64,000 nucleotides of DNA from Gemmatimonadota bacterium (lineage in GTDB: Bacteria > Gemmatimonadota > Gemmatimonadetes > Gemmatimonadales > Gemmatimonadaceae), in contig JANMLN010000124.1 in assembly GCA_031372565.1 (NCBI GenBank), forward strand, positions 15,684 through 79,683. The letters run 5' to 3'. Below, piece by piece: positions 17,022 through 27,207 of the stretch; position 1 is the stretch's first letter, and each line of letters starts with the position of its first letter. The translations under genes were made by a program, and so were the position numbers. Below the pieces are notes generated by a model. That model was not told the origin of the DNA and searched no databases. It saw nothing but the letters and a program-made list of their open reading frames with translations.

Positions 17022-19694
17022 CTAGAAGCGCACGTCGACCGAGAAGTCCACGCGGACCTGCTGCGTCGGGTAGATGCCGCGCGCGACATCGAAGCGCAGC
17101 AGGCCATCCAGCAGGCTCAGGCCGACCCCTGCCCCTGACAACGGACGGCCCGGCTCGTTCCACCCCTTCTTGCGCCCCGTCCAGCCGGCGTCGTAGTACA
17201 CGCTCGAGCGGAACCCCGCGCCGCCGTACCCCAGCTCGGTACGCGTCAACCAGTAGGCGGTACCGCCGGGAGTGCCCACAATGCCGCCGCGGTCGGCCGC
17301 GGTGCCTGGCGCGAGGCCGCGCACGGTATGCAGGCCGCCCAGGTAGAACATGCGCTGCTGCGGCACGTCGCCGAATGCGGCGCCACCACCGGCCGTGACG
17401 GACAGACTGAGCGGGCCAAACAACGGATGCTGTGCTCCCATGTCGATCGCGCCGCGCTGGTAGCTCCAGTCGCCTGCGCCGAGTTCGGCGCGACCATCCG
17501 CGAAGAAGCGCCAACCGTTCGGATCAACGCCCGCCTCGCGCCGTACGCGCGTACTCGCTCCAAACACGTTGCCGGCACGGGCCGTGAGATTCGGCACGAA
17601 GCCGGGATCGTTGTCGCCACCGAACAGCGAACGGCGCGTCACGACGGGCATGTTGTCCTGCCGCTCGCCGAAGAGCCGCACCTCGAAGTCGGGCTTGGGA
17701 TCGGTACGCCACACCACTTCGGCGCCGGCGTTCCGGAAGTAGAACCCTTCGTCGCGCGCATACAGCGCGGCGGCCAGCGACGCGCCGAAGCCGAACGGAC
17801 TGCCCCAGTCGTTGGCGACCGTGGTCCGCCGGTACGCCGTGACGTCGATCGTGCGTCGTCCGTTTGACCGCTCCACGCCGGCTTCGCCGATGACGGTGGC
17901 TTCACCAAAGTTGTAGCGTGCCTGCGCGTGCCACGCGTAGCCACCGCCCAACAGCTGACGCGCGCCAAGCCCGCTCGACATTCCCTCGACGCGATTGAAG
18001 CGGAATGCCCCGTCGGCGAGTGCGGTCTGCCACTGGATCTTCTGCGGTGCGAAACCGGGCTGCAGCCCGAGGTCGAGCGCCTTGAGGAGTTCCTCGCGCT
18101 CCGCCGTGCCGAACAACTCCTCCCCTGCGTCGTAGATCGACGGGGGCAGGTCCTTGGACACCGCGAGCACGGCGGTGTCGCATGGCGTGCGCACGGCCAC
18201 GGGGAGCGTGCCGCCGTAGCGCAGCTCGGTTTTCACCGTGAAGCCGTTGTTGGCCGCGCACTCCGCGCGACGCGCGTCCTCGCGGGCCTTGATCCGCTCC
18301 TTGCGACGAAGCGCGCGCGCGGCGCGTGCGCTGTCGGTGTTCGAGCCCGGCTTGGCGTTGGGGCCCACTCCCGCGTCGGCCAGGATGCTGTCGCGACGCG
18401 CACGTGCAACGCTGTCGCGTACGGTGCGCGCACGCGGCGCGGTGCCCGTCTCCACGCTCGCGGACGCCCCGCGCGAGCCGATGCCGACCGTGACCGCGCG
18501 CGTGACAACGCTGTCGGCATCGGCATCGTCGTCGTCGGAGTTGTCCGGCACGTCACCAAACGCGCCGCCCGAGTTGGACGTGCCGTGTCGCTTGGCAGCG
18601 AGAATGACCGGCAGCGGCGCGTCGTCCTTGGCGTTGACACTCGTGTAGGTGTAGCGCTCTTCCATGCGCACCGGCAGGCGCATGAAGCTCACCTGCGCGA
18701 ATGCCTCCATCGCCTGCGCGCGCGGCATCCAGACGCCGTTGAACAACCCGTACTCGATCGTGATCGACTGCAGGTCCACCTGCATCGGAAAGATGAACGG
18801 CTTCACGAACGCCGGAATCTCGTCGATATCGGCCTTGTCGGACGAATCGCCCACTTCACGCGCCACCGCCATCGGGTCCATCGGCTGCGACAGGCGGTAC
18901 ACCGCGCGCACCAGCTGACCGGAGCCCACATCGAACCAGAACGAACCGACGATCAGGTTCCAGCGTGGCTGCCGCGCCGTGATGCGCATCTCGCGCAGCC
19001 GGATGGTGCGATCCTTGGAGATGTTGATCGTCAGCGAGTCGCCGGTGGCATAGCGGTAGTACGCTTCGGAACCGGTGGCCAAGGGATGCACCATCTGCCG
19101 GTCATCGACCTGTGCACGGGCAATCCCGCCGCCCATCCAGAGCGCTTCCTTGCCGGGGAACCAGGGGACGGGCGCCATGTCGCCCATTTCGCCACGCGAC
19201 ATTTCGCGCTCGGCCTCCTTGCCGCCGATGCCAGCGATCATCGGTACCACGGCACGCGATCCCGTGATCTCCATGTACAGCCCCACCGCGCGACTCCAGC
19301 GGACATGGGCCGAGTTCTCCACGCGGAAGGCCAGTCGATCACGCCCGAGCGCCTTGAAGCCGAGTCCCGCCGAGAGCCGCTGGTAGGTGGTGGCGTCGTA
19401 CGCCGAGATGCCATCGTCGTTGCGAACGCGCGCGACACGCGCACGCTCCAACAGCTCACGCGCGCCCGCGTCCGCGAACGCGCTCGTCCGCATGGCCTCG
19501 GTCACCTCGACCCGACGCGCGCGTCCCTGCCGCTCGGTGCGCGCGCTGTCCCGGGCAATCCGCTGCTCGACGTCGCGCGGGCGCAGTGTGTCACCCGCCG
19601 TGACCCGGCGACGGCGTGCGGGTGTCGTGTCGCGGGCAACGGTCGGCGTCTGCGGCAGCGCCATCATGGCCGCGAAGACCAGCGTCGAGAACAT
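17022..19694 (-). CDS. Putative outer-membrane protein with Omp85/TamA-like C-terminal beta-barrel
   Basis: N-terminal signal-like segment; FYLGGLHTVRG motif, alternating beta pattern, terminal Phe (...DVRF). Confidence 0.7.
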   Translation of the reverse strand: MFSTLVFAAMMALPQTPTVARDTTPARRRRVTAGDTLRPRDVEQRIARDSARTERQGRARRVEVTEAMRTSAFADAGARELLERARVARVRNDDGISAYDATTYQRLSAGLGFKALGRDRLAFRVENSAHVRWSRAVGLYMEITGSRAVVPMIAGIGGKEAEREMSRGEMGDMAPVPWFPGKEALWMGGGIARAQVDDRQMVHPLATGSEAYYRYATGDSLTINISKDRTIRLREMRITARQPRWNLIVGSFWFDVGSGQLVRAVYRLSQPMDPMAVAREVGDSSDKADIDEIPAFVKPFIFPMQVDLQSITIEYGLFNGVWMPRAQAMEAFAQVSFMRLPVRMEERYTYTSVNAKDDAPLPVILAAKRHGTSNSGGAFGDVPDNSDDDDADADSVVTRAVTVGIGSRGASASVETGTAPRARTVRDSVARARRDSILADAGVGPNAKPGSNTDSARAARALRRKERIKAREDARRAECAANNGFTVKTELRYGGTLPVAVRTPCDTAVLAVSKDLPPSIYDAGEELFGTAEREELLKALDLGLQPGFAPQKIQWQTALADGAFRFNRVEGMSSGLGARQLLGGGYAWHAQARYNFGEATVIGEAGVERSNGRRTIDVTAYRRTTVANDWGSPFGFGASLAAALYARDEGFYFRNAGAEVVWRTDPKPDFEVRLFGERQDNMPVVTRRSLFGGDNDPGFVPNLTARAGNVFGASTRVRREAGVDPNGWRFFADGRAELGAGDWSYQRGAIDMGAQHPLFGPLSLSVTAGGGAAFGDVPQQRMFYLGGLHTVRGLAPGTAADRGGIVGTPGGTAYWLTRTELGYGGAGFRSSVYYDAGWTGRKKGWNEPGRPLSGAGVGLSLLDGLLRFDVARGIYPTQQVRVDFSVDVRF

Positions 19695-19804
19695 GGCGTA
19701 GAACCGGAAGGTCGAGTGGACGGTGTCGAACGCCCATAGCCGTACGACGGAGCGTACCGGGCGGTTTCGACACGGGGCACACGCCGCGGATTATCTTTCG
19801 CTCC

Positions 19805-20749
19805 ATGTCTTCCGTCGCCAGCCCGCCCCGCGCGCTCGAGGTTCGCGGCCTGGTCAAGCGCTACGGCGACGTGACCGCGGTGGACGGCCTGGACCTCGAG
19901 ATCTTTCCGGGCGAGTGCTTCGGCCTGCTGGGCCCCAACGGCGCCGGCAAGACCACCACGATCGAGATCTGCGAGGGACTCACCACCCCCGACAGCGGCC
20001 AGGTGACGGTGCTCGGCCGTCGGTGGGATCGCGACGAACAGGCGCTCCGCGAACGGCTCGGCATCGCCCTGCAGGAAACGCAGCTGTCCGACAAACTCTC
20101 GGTGCAGGAGACGCTCGAACTCTTCCGCTCGTTCTACAGCGACCCGCGCTCCGTCGACGAGGTCATCGACCTCGTCTCTCTCGACGAGAAGCGCACCGCG
20201 CGCGTGGTGGCGCTCTCGGGCGGGCAGAAGCAACGGCTCGCGGTCGCCTGTGCACTGGTCGGCAACCCCGAGCTGCTCTTTCTCGACGAGCCCACGACTG
20301 GACTTGACCCGCAGTCGCGGCGTCAACTGTGGGACATGGTCGAGCAGTTCAAGGCGACGGGCCGCACGGTGCTCCTCACGACGCACTACATGGACGAAGC
20401 CGAGCGCCTCGCCGATCGCGTGGCAGTGGTCGATCATGGCCGCGTCATCGCGCTCGGTACGCCGCGCGAACTGATCGACTCGCTCGGCGCCGAGCATGTG
20501 GTGGCCTTCTCGCTGGGACATGACGCCACGGTCAGCCTCGACACCCTGCGCGCGGTGGAGGGGGTGCGCGCGGCGCGCCTCGATGCGGGCACCTACGAGC
20601 TGCAGGTGACGGCGGTGCATCAAGCGTTGCCGGCGTTGCTGGGCACCCTGCAGCGCAGCGGGCTCGAACTCGCCGAGCTGCGTACACACTCGCCGACGCT
20701 CGAAGACGTGTTCGTGTCGCTCACGGGCCGCGCGCTGCGGGACGGATAG
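19805..20749 (+). CDS. ABC transporter ATP-binding protein (multidrug type)
   Basis: GPNGAGKTT, LSGGQKQR, LFLDEPT, TTHYM. Confidence 0.95.
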   Translation: MSSVASPPRALEVRGLVKRYGDVTAVDGLDLEIFPGECFGLLGPNGAGKTTTIEICEGLTTPDSGQVTVLGRRWDRDEQALRERLGIALQETQLSDKLSVQETLELFRSFYSDPRSVDEVIDLVSLDEKRTARVVALSGGQKQRLAVACALVGNPELLFLDEPTTGLDPQSRRQLWDMVEQFKATGRTVLLTTHYMDEAERLADRVAVVDHGRVIALGTPRELIDSLGAEHVVAFSLGHDATVSLDTLRAVEGVRAARLDAGTYELQVTAVHQALPALLGTLQRSGLELAELRTHSPTLEDVFVSLTGRALRDG

Positions 20750-20750
20750 C

Positions 20751-21851
20751 GTGACCGACGTCGTGCCCCCGCCCACGCGCACCGAGCCGCCGCCACGCGC
20801 ACCTCGTGGCTGGCGTGATCGATCCATCGTGCAGCTCACGCTGGTGCGCCTGCGCGAGTTCTTCCGTGAGCCCGAGGCGGTGTTCTGGACCTTCGGCTTT
20901 CCGCTGGTACTCGCGGGCGGGCTCGCCGTGGCGTTCCGCAACAAGCCGCCCGAAGCGGTACCTGTTGGCGTGGTCACCGGTGTGCCGGGGAGTGATCGGG
21001 CGCGTACGTCGCTCACAGGGACGGCTGGACTGATCGTCGACGCGTTGCCGCTCGACTCGGCGGTGCGCGCACTGCGCACCGGGTCGATTGCCGTGCTCGT
21101 GGTGCCGCAGGGCGACAGCGCGGTGGAGTACCGCTTCGACCGGGACCGTGCCGAAGCGCGCACCGCGCGACTGCTGGTGGACGAGGCGCTGCAGCGTGGC
21201 GCGGGCCGCACCGACCCGGTGCAGCGCCGCGAATCGCAGCTGAGCGAGCCGGGATCACGCTACATCGACTTCTTCATTCCCGGTCTCCTCGGGATGAACC
21301 TGATGGGGTCGAGCGTCTGGTCGATCGCGTTCGGCGTGGTGAATGCGCGCAGCAAGAAGTTGCTCAAGCGGCTCACGGCCACGCCGATGTCGCGTGCCGA
21401 GTACCTGCTGTCGTTCGTGTTGTCGCGGCTGATCTTTCTGGCGGCCGAAGTCGTCGCCATTCTCGGGCTCGGCGTCTTCGTGCTCGGCGTGCCGATGCGC
21501 GGGTCGCTGATGCTCATGGCGGGGATCGCGTTGCTGGCGTCGTTCGCCTTCAGCGGGATCGGGCTGTTGGTCGCGTCGCGTGCCAGAACGGTGGAGGCCG
21601 CGAGCGGGCTGGCCAACCTCGTGCTCTTCCCGATGTGGATCTTCTCGGGAGTGTTCTTCGCGTCCACGCGTTTCCCCGATGCGTTTCGCCCGTTCATCCA
21701 GGCGCTGCCGCTCACGGCGACCAATGACAGCCTGCGCGCCGTGATGCTGCAAGGCGCCGGCATCGGCGCGGTGTGGCCACAGTTGGCGGTGCTGACGGCG
21801 TGGCTGCTGATCTCGTTTCCGTTGGCATTGAGGTTGTTCCGTTGGCGGTAG
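20751..21851 (+). CDS. ABC-2 type transporter permease
   Basis: RYIDFFIPGLLG, LKRL.ATP, FSGVFF, multiple TM. Confidence 0.92.
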   Translation: MTDVVPPPTRTEPPPRAPRGWRDRSIVQLTLVRLREFFREPEAVFWTFGFPLVLAGGLAVAFRNKPPEAVPVGVVTGVPGSDRARTSLTGTAGLIVDALPLDSAVRALRTGSIAVLVVPQGDSAVEYRFDRDRAEARTARLLVDEALQRGAGRTDPVQRRESQLSEPGSRYIDFFIPGLLGMNLMGSSVWSIAFGVVNARSKKLLKRLTATPMSRAEYLLSFVLSRLIFLAAEVVAILGLGVFVLGVPMRGSLMLMAGIALLASFAFSGIGLLVASRARTVEAASGLANLVLFPMWIFSGVFFASTRFPDAFRPFIQALPLTATNDSLRAVMLQGAGIGAVWPQLAVLTAWLLISFPLALRLFRWR

Positions 21852-22798
21852 CGCAGACGGCCACGCCCACGCGCACGCAGCTGGTCCTGGCCTTCCTGTC
21901 GGTGTACGTGCTGTGGGGGTCGAGTTACCTGGCCATTCGCATCGCGATCGAGAGCATGCCGGCCTTCCTGATGGTCGGCACTCGCCTGCTCGTGGCGGGC
22001 GGGCTGCTGTGCGGCTGGGCGCTCTGGCGTGGTGCACCCCGTCCGCGCGGCATCGAAGTGGGTGCCACGGCGGTCACGGGGCTGCTCATGCTCTGCATCG
22101 GGAATGGCAGCGTGACATGGGGGGAGCAGTTCACGGCATCGGGACGCGTCGCGCTCATCGTGTCGATGACCCCGGTCTGGTTCGTGCTCATCGAGTGGCT
22201 GCGGCCGGGGGGTGTGCGACCAAGCGTGAAGCTGCTCACCGGTCTCGCCGTCGGGGCGTCGGGGGTCGTGTTGCTCGTGGGCGCCGACGCGCTGCATGGC
22301 GTGCACGCACCCGGCGCGTTGCTTGCCGAAGTGGTGGTCTTGTGCGGGTCCCTCTCGTGGGCGCTCGGCTCCATGTACTCGCGACACGCCCCGTTGCCCG
22401 AGTCGAGTGCGCTCGCGAGCGGCCTCCAGATGCTGTTCGCCGGGCTCTACCTCACGATCGCCGGCACCGTGCGCGGCGAGATTGCGAGCTTCCACGCGGC
22501 CGATGTCACGACGCGATCGCTGGTCGCGCTGGTCTATCTCGTCGCGGGGCCATCGCTCATCGGCTACACCGCTTACGTGTGGCTGCTCAAGGTCAGCACG
22601 CCGGTGCTGGTTGGCACCTATGGCTACGTGAACCCGATGATCGCGGTCTTCCTGGGCTGGCTGGTGCTCGGCGAAGCGGTCACCAGCCGCATGTTCGCGG
22701 CCGCCGCCGTCATCGTGGTCGGCGTGGCGCTCATTACCCTGGCGCGCACGCCACAAGCGGCGCCGCGCGAGCCGGAACCAGAGGCAGAGCACGCATGA
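21842..22798 (+). CDS. EamA/DMT family transporter (YedA-like)
   Basis: VYVLWGSSYLAI, YVNPMIAV.LG...LGE; about 10 TM; start uncertain. Confidence 0.88.
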   Translation: MAVAQTATPTRTQLVLAFLSVYVLWGSSYLAIRIAIESMPAFLMVGTRLLVAGGLLCGWALWRGAPRPRGIEVGATAVTGLLMLCIGNGSVTWGEQFTASGRVALIVSMTPVWFVLIEWLRPGGVRPSVKLLTGLAVGASGVVLLVGADALHGVHAPGALLAEVVVLCGSLSWALGSMYSRHAPLPESSALASGLQMLFAGLYLTIAGTVRGEIASFHAADVTTRSLVALVYLVAGPSLIGYTAYVWLLKVSTPVLVGTYGYVNPMIAVFLGWLVLGEAVTSRMFAAAAVIVVGVALITLARTPQAAPREPEPEAEHA

Positions 22799-23646
22799 GC
22801 GCCCTCGTGTCGAACGGTCCCATCACGCGCGTGATCGCCGTCGACTGGTCGGGCAGCGCCGACATCAAGGCGCAACGCCGGGGCATCTGGCTCTGTGAGT
22901 GGAACGGGGCGGGCGTCGTACGACTCGAGGGCGGGCGTACGCGCGACGAGCTTGTCCGCGCGCTCGTGGATGCGATCGACGCGGACGCTGCGCTGGCCAT
23001 TGGCCTCGATTTCGCCTTCGGCTTTCCCGGCTGGTTCGTCGAACAGGAGGCAGGCGGGAGTCCGCATCGCCTCTGGACGGTTGCCACCGAACTGGGTGAA
23101 TCATGGCTCGCGCGGTGTGAGCCGCCATTCTGGGGCCGACCGGGAAAGGCGCGGCCGGTCGACGACGAAGCGCGCCCTGCGTTTCGACAGACCGAACGAG
23201 AGACGCGCGCCGTCCGGGGGATTCGCCCGAAGTCCGTCTTCCAGATCGGCGGAGCGGGCAGCGTCGGCACAGGGTCGATCCGTGGCATGTCCGCGCTTCA
23301 CGCACTGTCGAATGCGGGTGCCACCATCTGGCCGTTCGACGCAGCAAGCCTTCCCGTGGTTGTCGAGATCTATCCGCGGCTGCTGACGGGCGACGTGAAG
23401 AAGGCGAACGCTGAGGCCCGTGCTGCGTATCTTGCCATGCGCGAGTGGACCCTTCCACCCGACGTGCGCACCGCCGCACGCGAAAGCGAAGACGCGTTCG
23501 ATGCATTGGTCTCGGCGGAGTCCATGTGGCGTCATCGCCGGCAATTGGCGTCGTTGCCGTTGGGCAATCCGATCGAGGCGATCGAGGGCATCATCTGGGC
23601 GCCCACAGCGGCGCACGCATCGAGCACACTCACTCACGCCGCATGA
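22795..23646 (+). CDS. DUF429-like predicted nuclease (RNase H-like fold)
   Basis: IAVDWSG, GLDFAFGFP, FRQTE, VEIYP, DAFDA; ATGA overlap with upstream gene. Confidence 0.65.
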   Translation: MSALVSNGPITRVIAVDWSGSADIKAQRRGIWLCEWNGAGVVRLEGGRTRDELVRALVDAIDADAALAIGLDFAFGFPGWFVEQEAGGSPHRLWTVATELGESWLARCEPPFWGRPGKARPVDDEARPAFRQTERETRAVRGIRPKSVFQIGGAGSVGTGSIRGMSALHALSNAGATIWPFDAASLPVVVEIYPRLLTGDVKKANAEARAAYLAMREWTLPPDVRTAARESEDAFDALVSAESMWRHRRQLASLPLGNPIEAIEGIIWAPTAAHASSTLTHAA

Positions 23647-25202
23647 CAGATCACGCCACTGGCCCGCGCCGCGCCCTGAGCAACACGAATGCCTCTCCGT
23701 CCGGCCCCGCCGACGGATGGGACGCGCACGTCGGCCGCGACGTGGACAACACGCCACTCGCAGCGCCCGGCGACTTGCCGGTCGAGCTCTTCCGCACGCA
23801 CGCGGCCGAACTCGTCGACTGGATCGCGAAGTACCTGGCTGAGCCGGAGCGCTTTCCGGTCGTGCCACGCGTGGCACCGGGCGACATCACCCGCGCACTC
23901 CCGACCACGCCACCGCGGGACGCCGAGCCGCTGGCCGAGATTCTCGCTGATGTCGAACGGATCATCGTGCCCGGCCTCACGCACTGGAATCATCCCGGCT
24001 TCTTCGCCTACTTCGCCAACTCGGCGTCGATTCCCGGCATCCTGGGCGAGCTGCTCACGAGTGCGCTCAACCAGAACGCGATGCTCTGGAAGACGAGCCC
24101 GTCCGCCACGGAGCTCGAGCAGGTCGCCATGGACTGGCTGCGGCAGTTGCTCGGACTTGGTCGCGGCTGGTTCGGGATGATCACCGACACGGCGAGCATC
24201 TCGACTTTTCTCGCAATCGCGGCCGCACGCGAGGCGAAGCCGGAACTCGACGTGCGCGGCCGCGGACTCGCAGGGCGCACCGATCTGCCAGTGATGCGCG
24301 TGTATTGCTCATCGCACGCGCACACGTCGGTCGACAAGGCCGTGATGGCGCTCGGCCTGGGCCACGACAATTGCGTGCACATCCCGGTGGACGAACAGTT
24401 CCGCATGCGTCCGGATGCGCTCGCGGCAGCCATCGCCGCGGATGTCGCGCGTGGCATGCTGCCGATTGCCGTCGTGGCGACGGTCGGCACCACCAGCGTT
24501 GCAGCGATCGATCCGGTGCCCGAGATCGCCGAGATCGCGCGCTCGGCGGGGGCGTGGCTCCACGTGGATGCCGCGTACGGTGGCGCAGCGGCCGTGGTGC
24601 CCGAACTCGCCGGCATTCTCGATGGCGTGGACGAAGCCGACTCGGTGGTGATGAACCCGCACAAGTGGTTGTTCGTCCCCATGGACTGCTCGGCGCTCTG
24701 GGTGAAGCATCCGGAGGTACTCAAGCGCGCCTTCTCGCTGATCCCCGAGTATCTCGTCACGCGTGAGCAGGACGCGGTGGTGAACTACATGGACTACGGC
24801 GTGCAGCTGGGGCGGCGGTTCCGCGCGCTCAAGCTGTGGATGGTGATGCGCGCGTACGGCGCCGACGGACTGGCGGCGCGCGTGCGCCAGCAGATCGCGC
24901 TCACGCGCGCCTTCGCGAGCTGGGTGCGCGCCGAGCCGTACTGGGAAGTGATCGCCCCCGTGCACCTGTCGCTCGCGTGCATCCGGCATGCGCCACCGGG
25001 GCTCGATGCCGCCGCCACGGACGCGCACAACGAGCGCCTCATGCATGCGGTGAATGCGAGCGGCGAGGCGTTTCTGTCGCACAACAAGACCAATGGGCAG
25101 CTCGTGCTGCGCTTCGCCATCGGCAACATCCGCACCGACGAGCGCCATGTGCGGCGTGCGTGGGCGCTGCTCCGGGCGGCGGCGGCCGCCGACCTGGCAT
25201 GA
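23643..25202 (+). CDS. PLP-dependent group II decarboxylase (aromatic L-amino-acid decarboxylase-like)
   Basis: THWNHPGFFAYF, SPSATELE, HTSVDKA, HVDAAYGG, NPHKW (PLP Lys), GRRFRALKLW. Confidence 0.92.
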   Translation: MTDHATGPRRALSNTNASPSGPADGWDAHVGRDVDNTPLAAPGDLPVELFRTHAAELVDWIAKYLAEPERFPVVPRVAPGDITRALPTTPPRDAEPLAEILADVERIIVPGLTHWNHPGFFAYFANSASIPGILGELLTSALNQNAMLWKTSPSATELEQVAMDWLRQLLGLGRGWFGMITDTASISTFLAIAAAREAKPELDVRGRGLAGRTDLPVMRVYCSSHAHTSVDKAVMALGLGHDNCVHIPVDEQFRMRPDALAAAIAADVARGMLPIAVVATVGTTSVAAIDPVPEIAEIARSAGAWLHVDAAYGGAAAVVPELAGILDGVDEADSVVMNPHKWLFVPMDCSALWVKHPEVLKRAFSLIPEYLVTREQDAVVNYMDYGVQLGRRFRALKLWMVMRAYGADGLAARVRQQIALTRAFASWVRAEPYWEVIAPVHLSLACIRHAPPGLDAAATDAHNERLMHAVNASGEAFLSHNKTNGQLVLRFAIGNIRTDERHVRRAWALLRAAAAADLA

Positions 25203-26407
25203 GCGACCTGCGCCGGTCGCAGTGGCTCGACCTCGCGAGCCTCGACCTGCGCAAGAACGCGGCGGGGAAGCCGCGTCGTCGCTGGCCGTTGGCCACGGCG
25301 GTCGTGTTGCTGCTCGCGTCCATTCCGTTCGTGGGCTGGCACCTTGTACCGCGTGCGCCCGGCGGTGTCGTCATCATGGACAAGACGGTCCCGAATGCCG
25401 AACGACGCGCTCACGCGCAGCTCATGTGGTGGCTCACGCACGCGCGCGTCCCCGCGCCCGGCGGCGACTGGTGGGACATGGCGCGCGACTATGTGGGGTA
25501 CGATCCAGAAGCACAGCAGGGGCGGTTGCTCGACAGCGCCGCACTCGCGCCCGCGCGGCTGGTCTTCCTCGCGGATGCCTATGGCGTGTATTCCGGCGAT
25601 GTCGCCACCCCCGACACGAGCGCGGGCGCGTCGGCACGACGGTCCACGCCCGTCTTTGCGGGGGTGCAGCTCAGCGAGGCGCGGGCACTCGCTGCGTTCC
25701 GCGCGCGCGGTGGCGCGGTGGTAGCCGAATTCAATGTGTTGGAGAGCCCGACGGCTGGCACACCTGCGGGCGCGATGCTCGAGCAACTGCTCGGCGCGCG
25801 CTATCTCGGCTGGCTAGGCCGCTGGTACGACGACCTGTCGAGTGATGTGGACGTGCCCGCTTGGATGCGCGCCAAGTGGCAGCGTCGCCACCGCGCTGCG
25901 TGGTCGTTCACCGGGCCCGGGTACGTGATCTTCTCCGAACGGGACGACCGGATTGCCGTGATCCTGCGCGAGCAGCTCGAGGGCACGCATGTGCTCACGC
26001 TCGAGGTGGACACACCCGACGATCCGCTCGTGCATGGCGTCGTGAACGGCGGCGGTTATCGGTCGTGGGTGTCGGGGGTCGCACCGACAGACAGCGGCGT
26101 GGTGCTCGCGTCGTTTGCGCTGCACGTGGACACGGCGGCACGCGCGCAGCTCTCACGCGAGGGCTTTCCGCTCCGCTTCCCGGCGATCGTGCGACGAACC
26201 ACCGGCCCGCTGGCCGCGTACATCACGGCCGACGTGAGCACTGCGCCGAGCGCGCTCCCCTACGTGCAGCGGACCGTGCTGCTCGACTGGTGGCGTGCTC
26301 GGCGCGTGCGCGAGGCGGTGGGAGAGGACGCGACGCTGGACTTTTTCTGGCGGGTGGTTGCGCCGGTGTGGAGCGCGGCGCTCAGGGTGTCGGCGCCGAA
26401 TCGCTGA
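25199..26407 (+). CDS. Hypothetical membrane-anchored protein
   Basis: One N-terminal TM; DKTVP, ADAYGVY, EFN...SPT, GW.GRWY motifs; ATGA overlap. Confidence 0.65.
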   Translation: MSDLRRSQWLDLASLDLRKNAAGKPRRRWPLATAVVLLLASIPFVGWHLVPRAPGGVVIMDKTVPNAERRAHAQLMWWLTHARVPAPGGDWWDMARDYVGYDPEAQQGRLLDSAALAPARLVFLADAYGVYSGDVATPDTSAGASARRSTPVFAGVQLSEARALAAFRARGGAVVAEFNVLESPTAGTPAGAMLEQLLGARYLGWLGRWYDDLSSDVDVPAWMRAKWQRRHRAAWSFTGPGYVIFSERDDRIAVILREQLEGTHVLTLEVDTPDDPLVHGVVNGGGYRSWVSGVAPTDSGVVLASFALHVDTAARAQLSREGFPLRFPAIVRRTTGPLAAYITADVSTAPSALPYVQRTVLLDWWRARRVREAVGEDATLDFFWRVVAPVWSAALRVSAPNR

Positions 26408-26439
26408 GTGGCTGAGTGGCTCCGTCTGCGGAGGTCAAC

Positions 26440-26594
26440 GGAGCGGTGTGAGGAAACCGATGACGGCTGCTGGTCGATCTACTTTCATCGCGTCCTGCTG
26501 ACCACGCTCGACGAACGCGACTGCATTATTCAGAGCTAGTTCACGTGTAAACGATGTTGCCGGACAAGGTGTCATCTATCTTCCCGACTGTTCA
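26440..26594 (+). mobile_element. Right-end remnant of an IS481-like element
   Basis: 26450-26539 reads EETDDGCWSIYFHRVLLTTLDERDCIIQS*, resembling an IS481 transposase C-terminus (from memory); then two related units TGTAAACGATGTTGCCGG and TGTCATCTATCTTCCCGA, ending ...CTGTTCA. Confidence 0.65.
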
Positions 26595-26970
26595 GCCCCG
26601 CACCGTCGCGGCGGCGCCCGATCTCCACGAGTGGCTCGCCCGCGACCAGCAATTCCGCGACGCGCGGCCACGCCCCCAGCACCAACGTCCGCAGCACCGC
26701 GTTCCGGACGTTGCCGCACGTGACCCACACAACTTGTGGCGGGGGGCCCTGGCGCTCCACCAGCGCGACAAAATCGTCATCCTTCGTCACCACGACGGCT
26801 GCTCGGCCCGTCCGCGCTGCCGCAAAGATGGCTGGATCGTCGGCCTCGAGCTGCTCCACCTCGTCCACGTGCCAGGCGTCGATCCCGTGCGCCTGCCGGA
26901 GCCAGCGCGCCAGCGCAGGCGGCATTTGCGCGTCCACCCACACCACGCCAAGCCCGGGCGCGTCGGTCAT
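26572..26970 (-). CDS. DUF5615 PIN-like toxin (VapC45-like)
   Basis: VWVDAQMPP.LA, DPAIF, VVTKDDDF, PPQVVW..CGN. Confidence 0.88.
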   Translation of the reverse strand: MTDAPGLGVVWVDAQMPPALARWLRQAHGIDAWHVDEVEQLEADDPAIFAAARTGRAAVVVTKDDDFVALVERQGPPPQVVWVTCGNVRNAVLRTLVLGAWPRVAELLVAGEPLVEIGRRRDGAGLNSREDR

Positions 26971-26976
26971 CCCGGC

Positions 26977-27207
26977 CTACGCCGCGACGTTCGGATGGTT
27001 CAGGCGCCGGGCGGCGTATAAGAGGCAGGCGGCGATGTCGTCGGCCTCCAGATAGGGATAGTCCTCGAGGATCTGCGCGTGCGACTCGCCGGCGGCCAGC
27101 AACTCCAAGACATCGATCACGCGGATGCGCATCCCCCGAATGCAGGGGCGTCCCCCACATTGCTCGGGGCGGATGGTGATGCGCTGCAGGAGGTCGGCTG
27201 GGGGCAT
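26977..27207 (-). CDS. DUF433 antitoxin-like protein
   Basis: RITIRPEQCGGRPCIRGMRIRV, ILEDYPYLEADDI.ACL.YAA. Confidence 0.92.
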   Translation of the reverse strand: MPPADLLQRITIRPEQCGGRPCIRGMRIRVIDVLELLAAGESHAQILEDYPYLEADDIAACLLYAARRLNHPNVAA

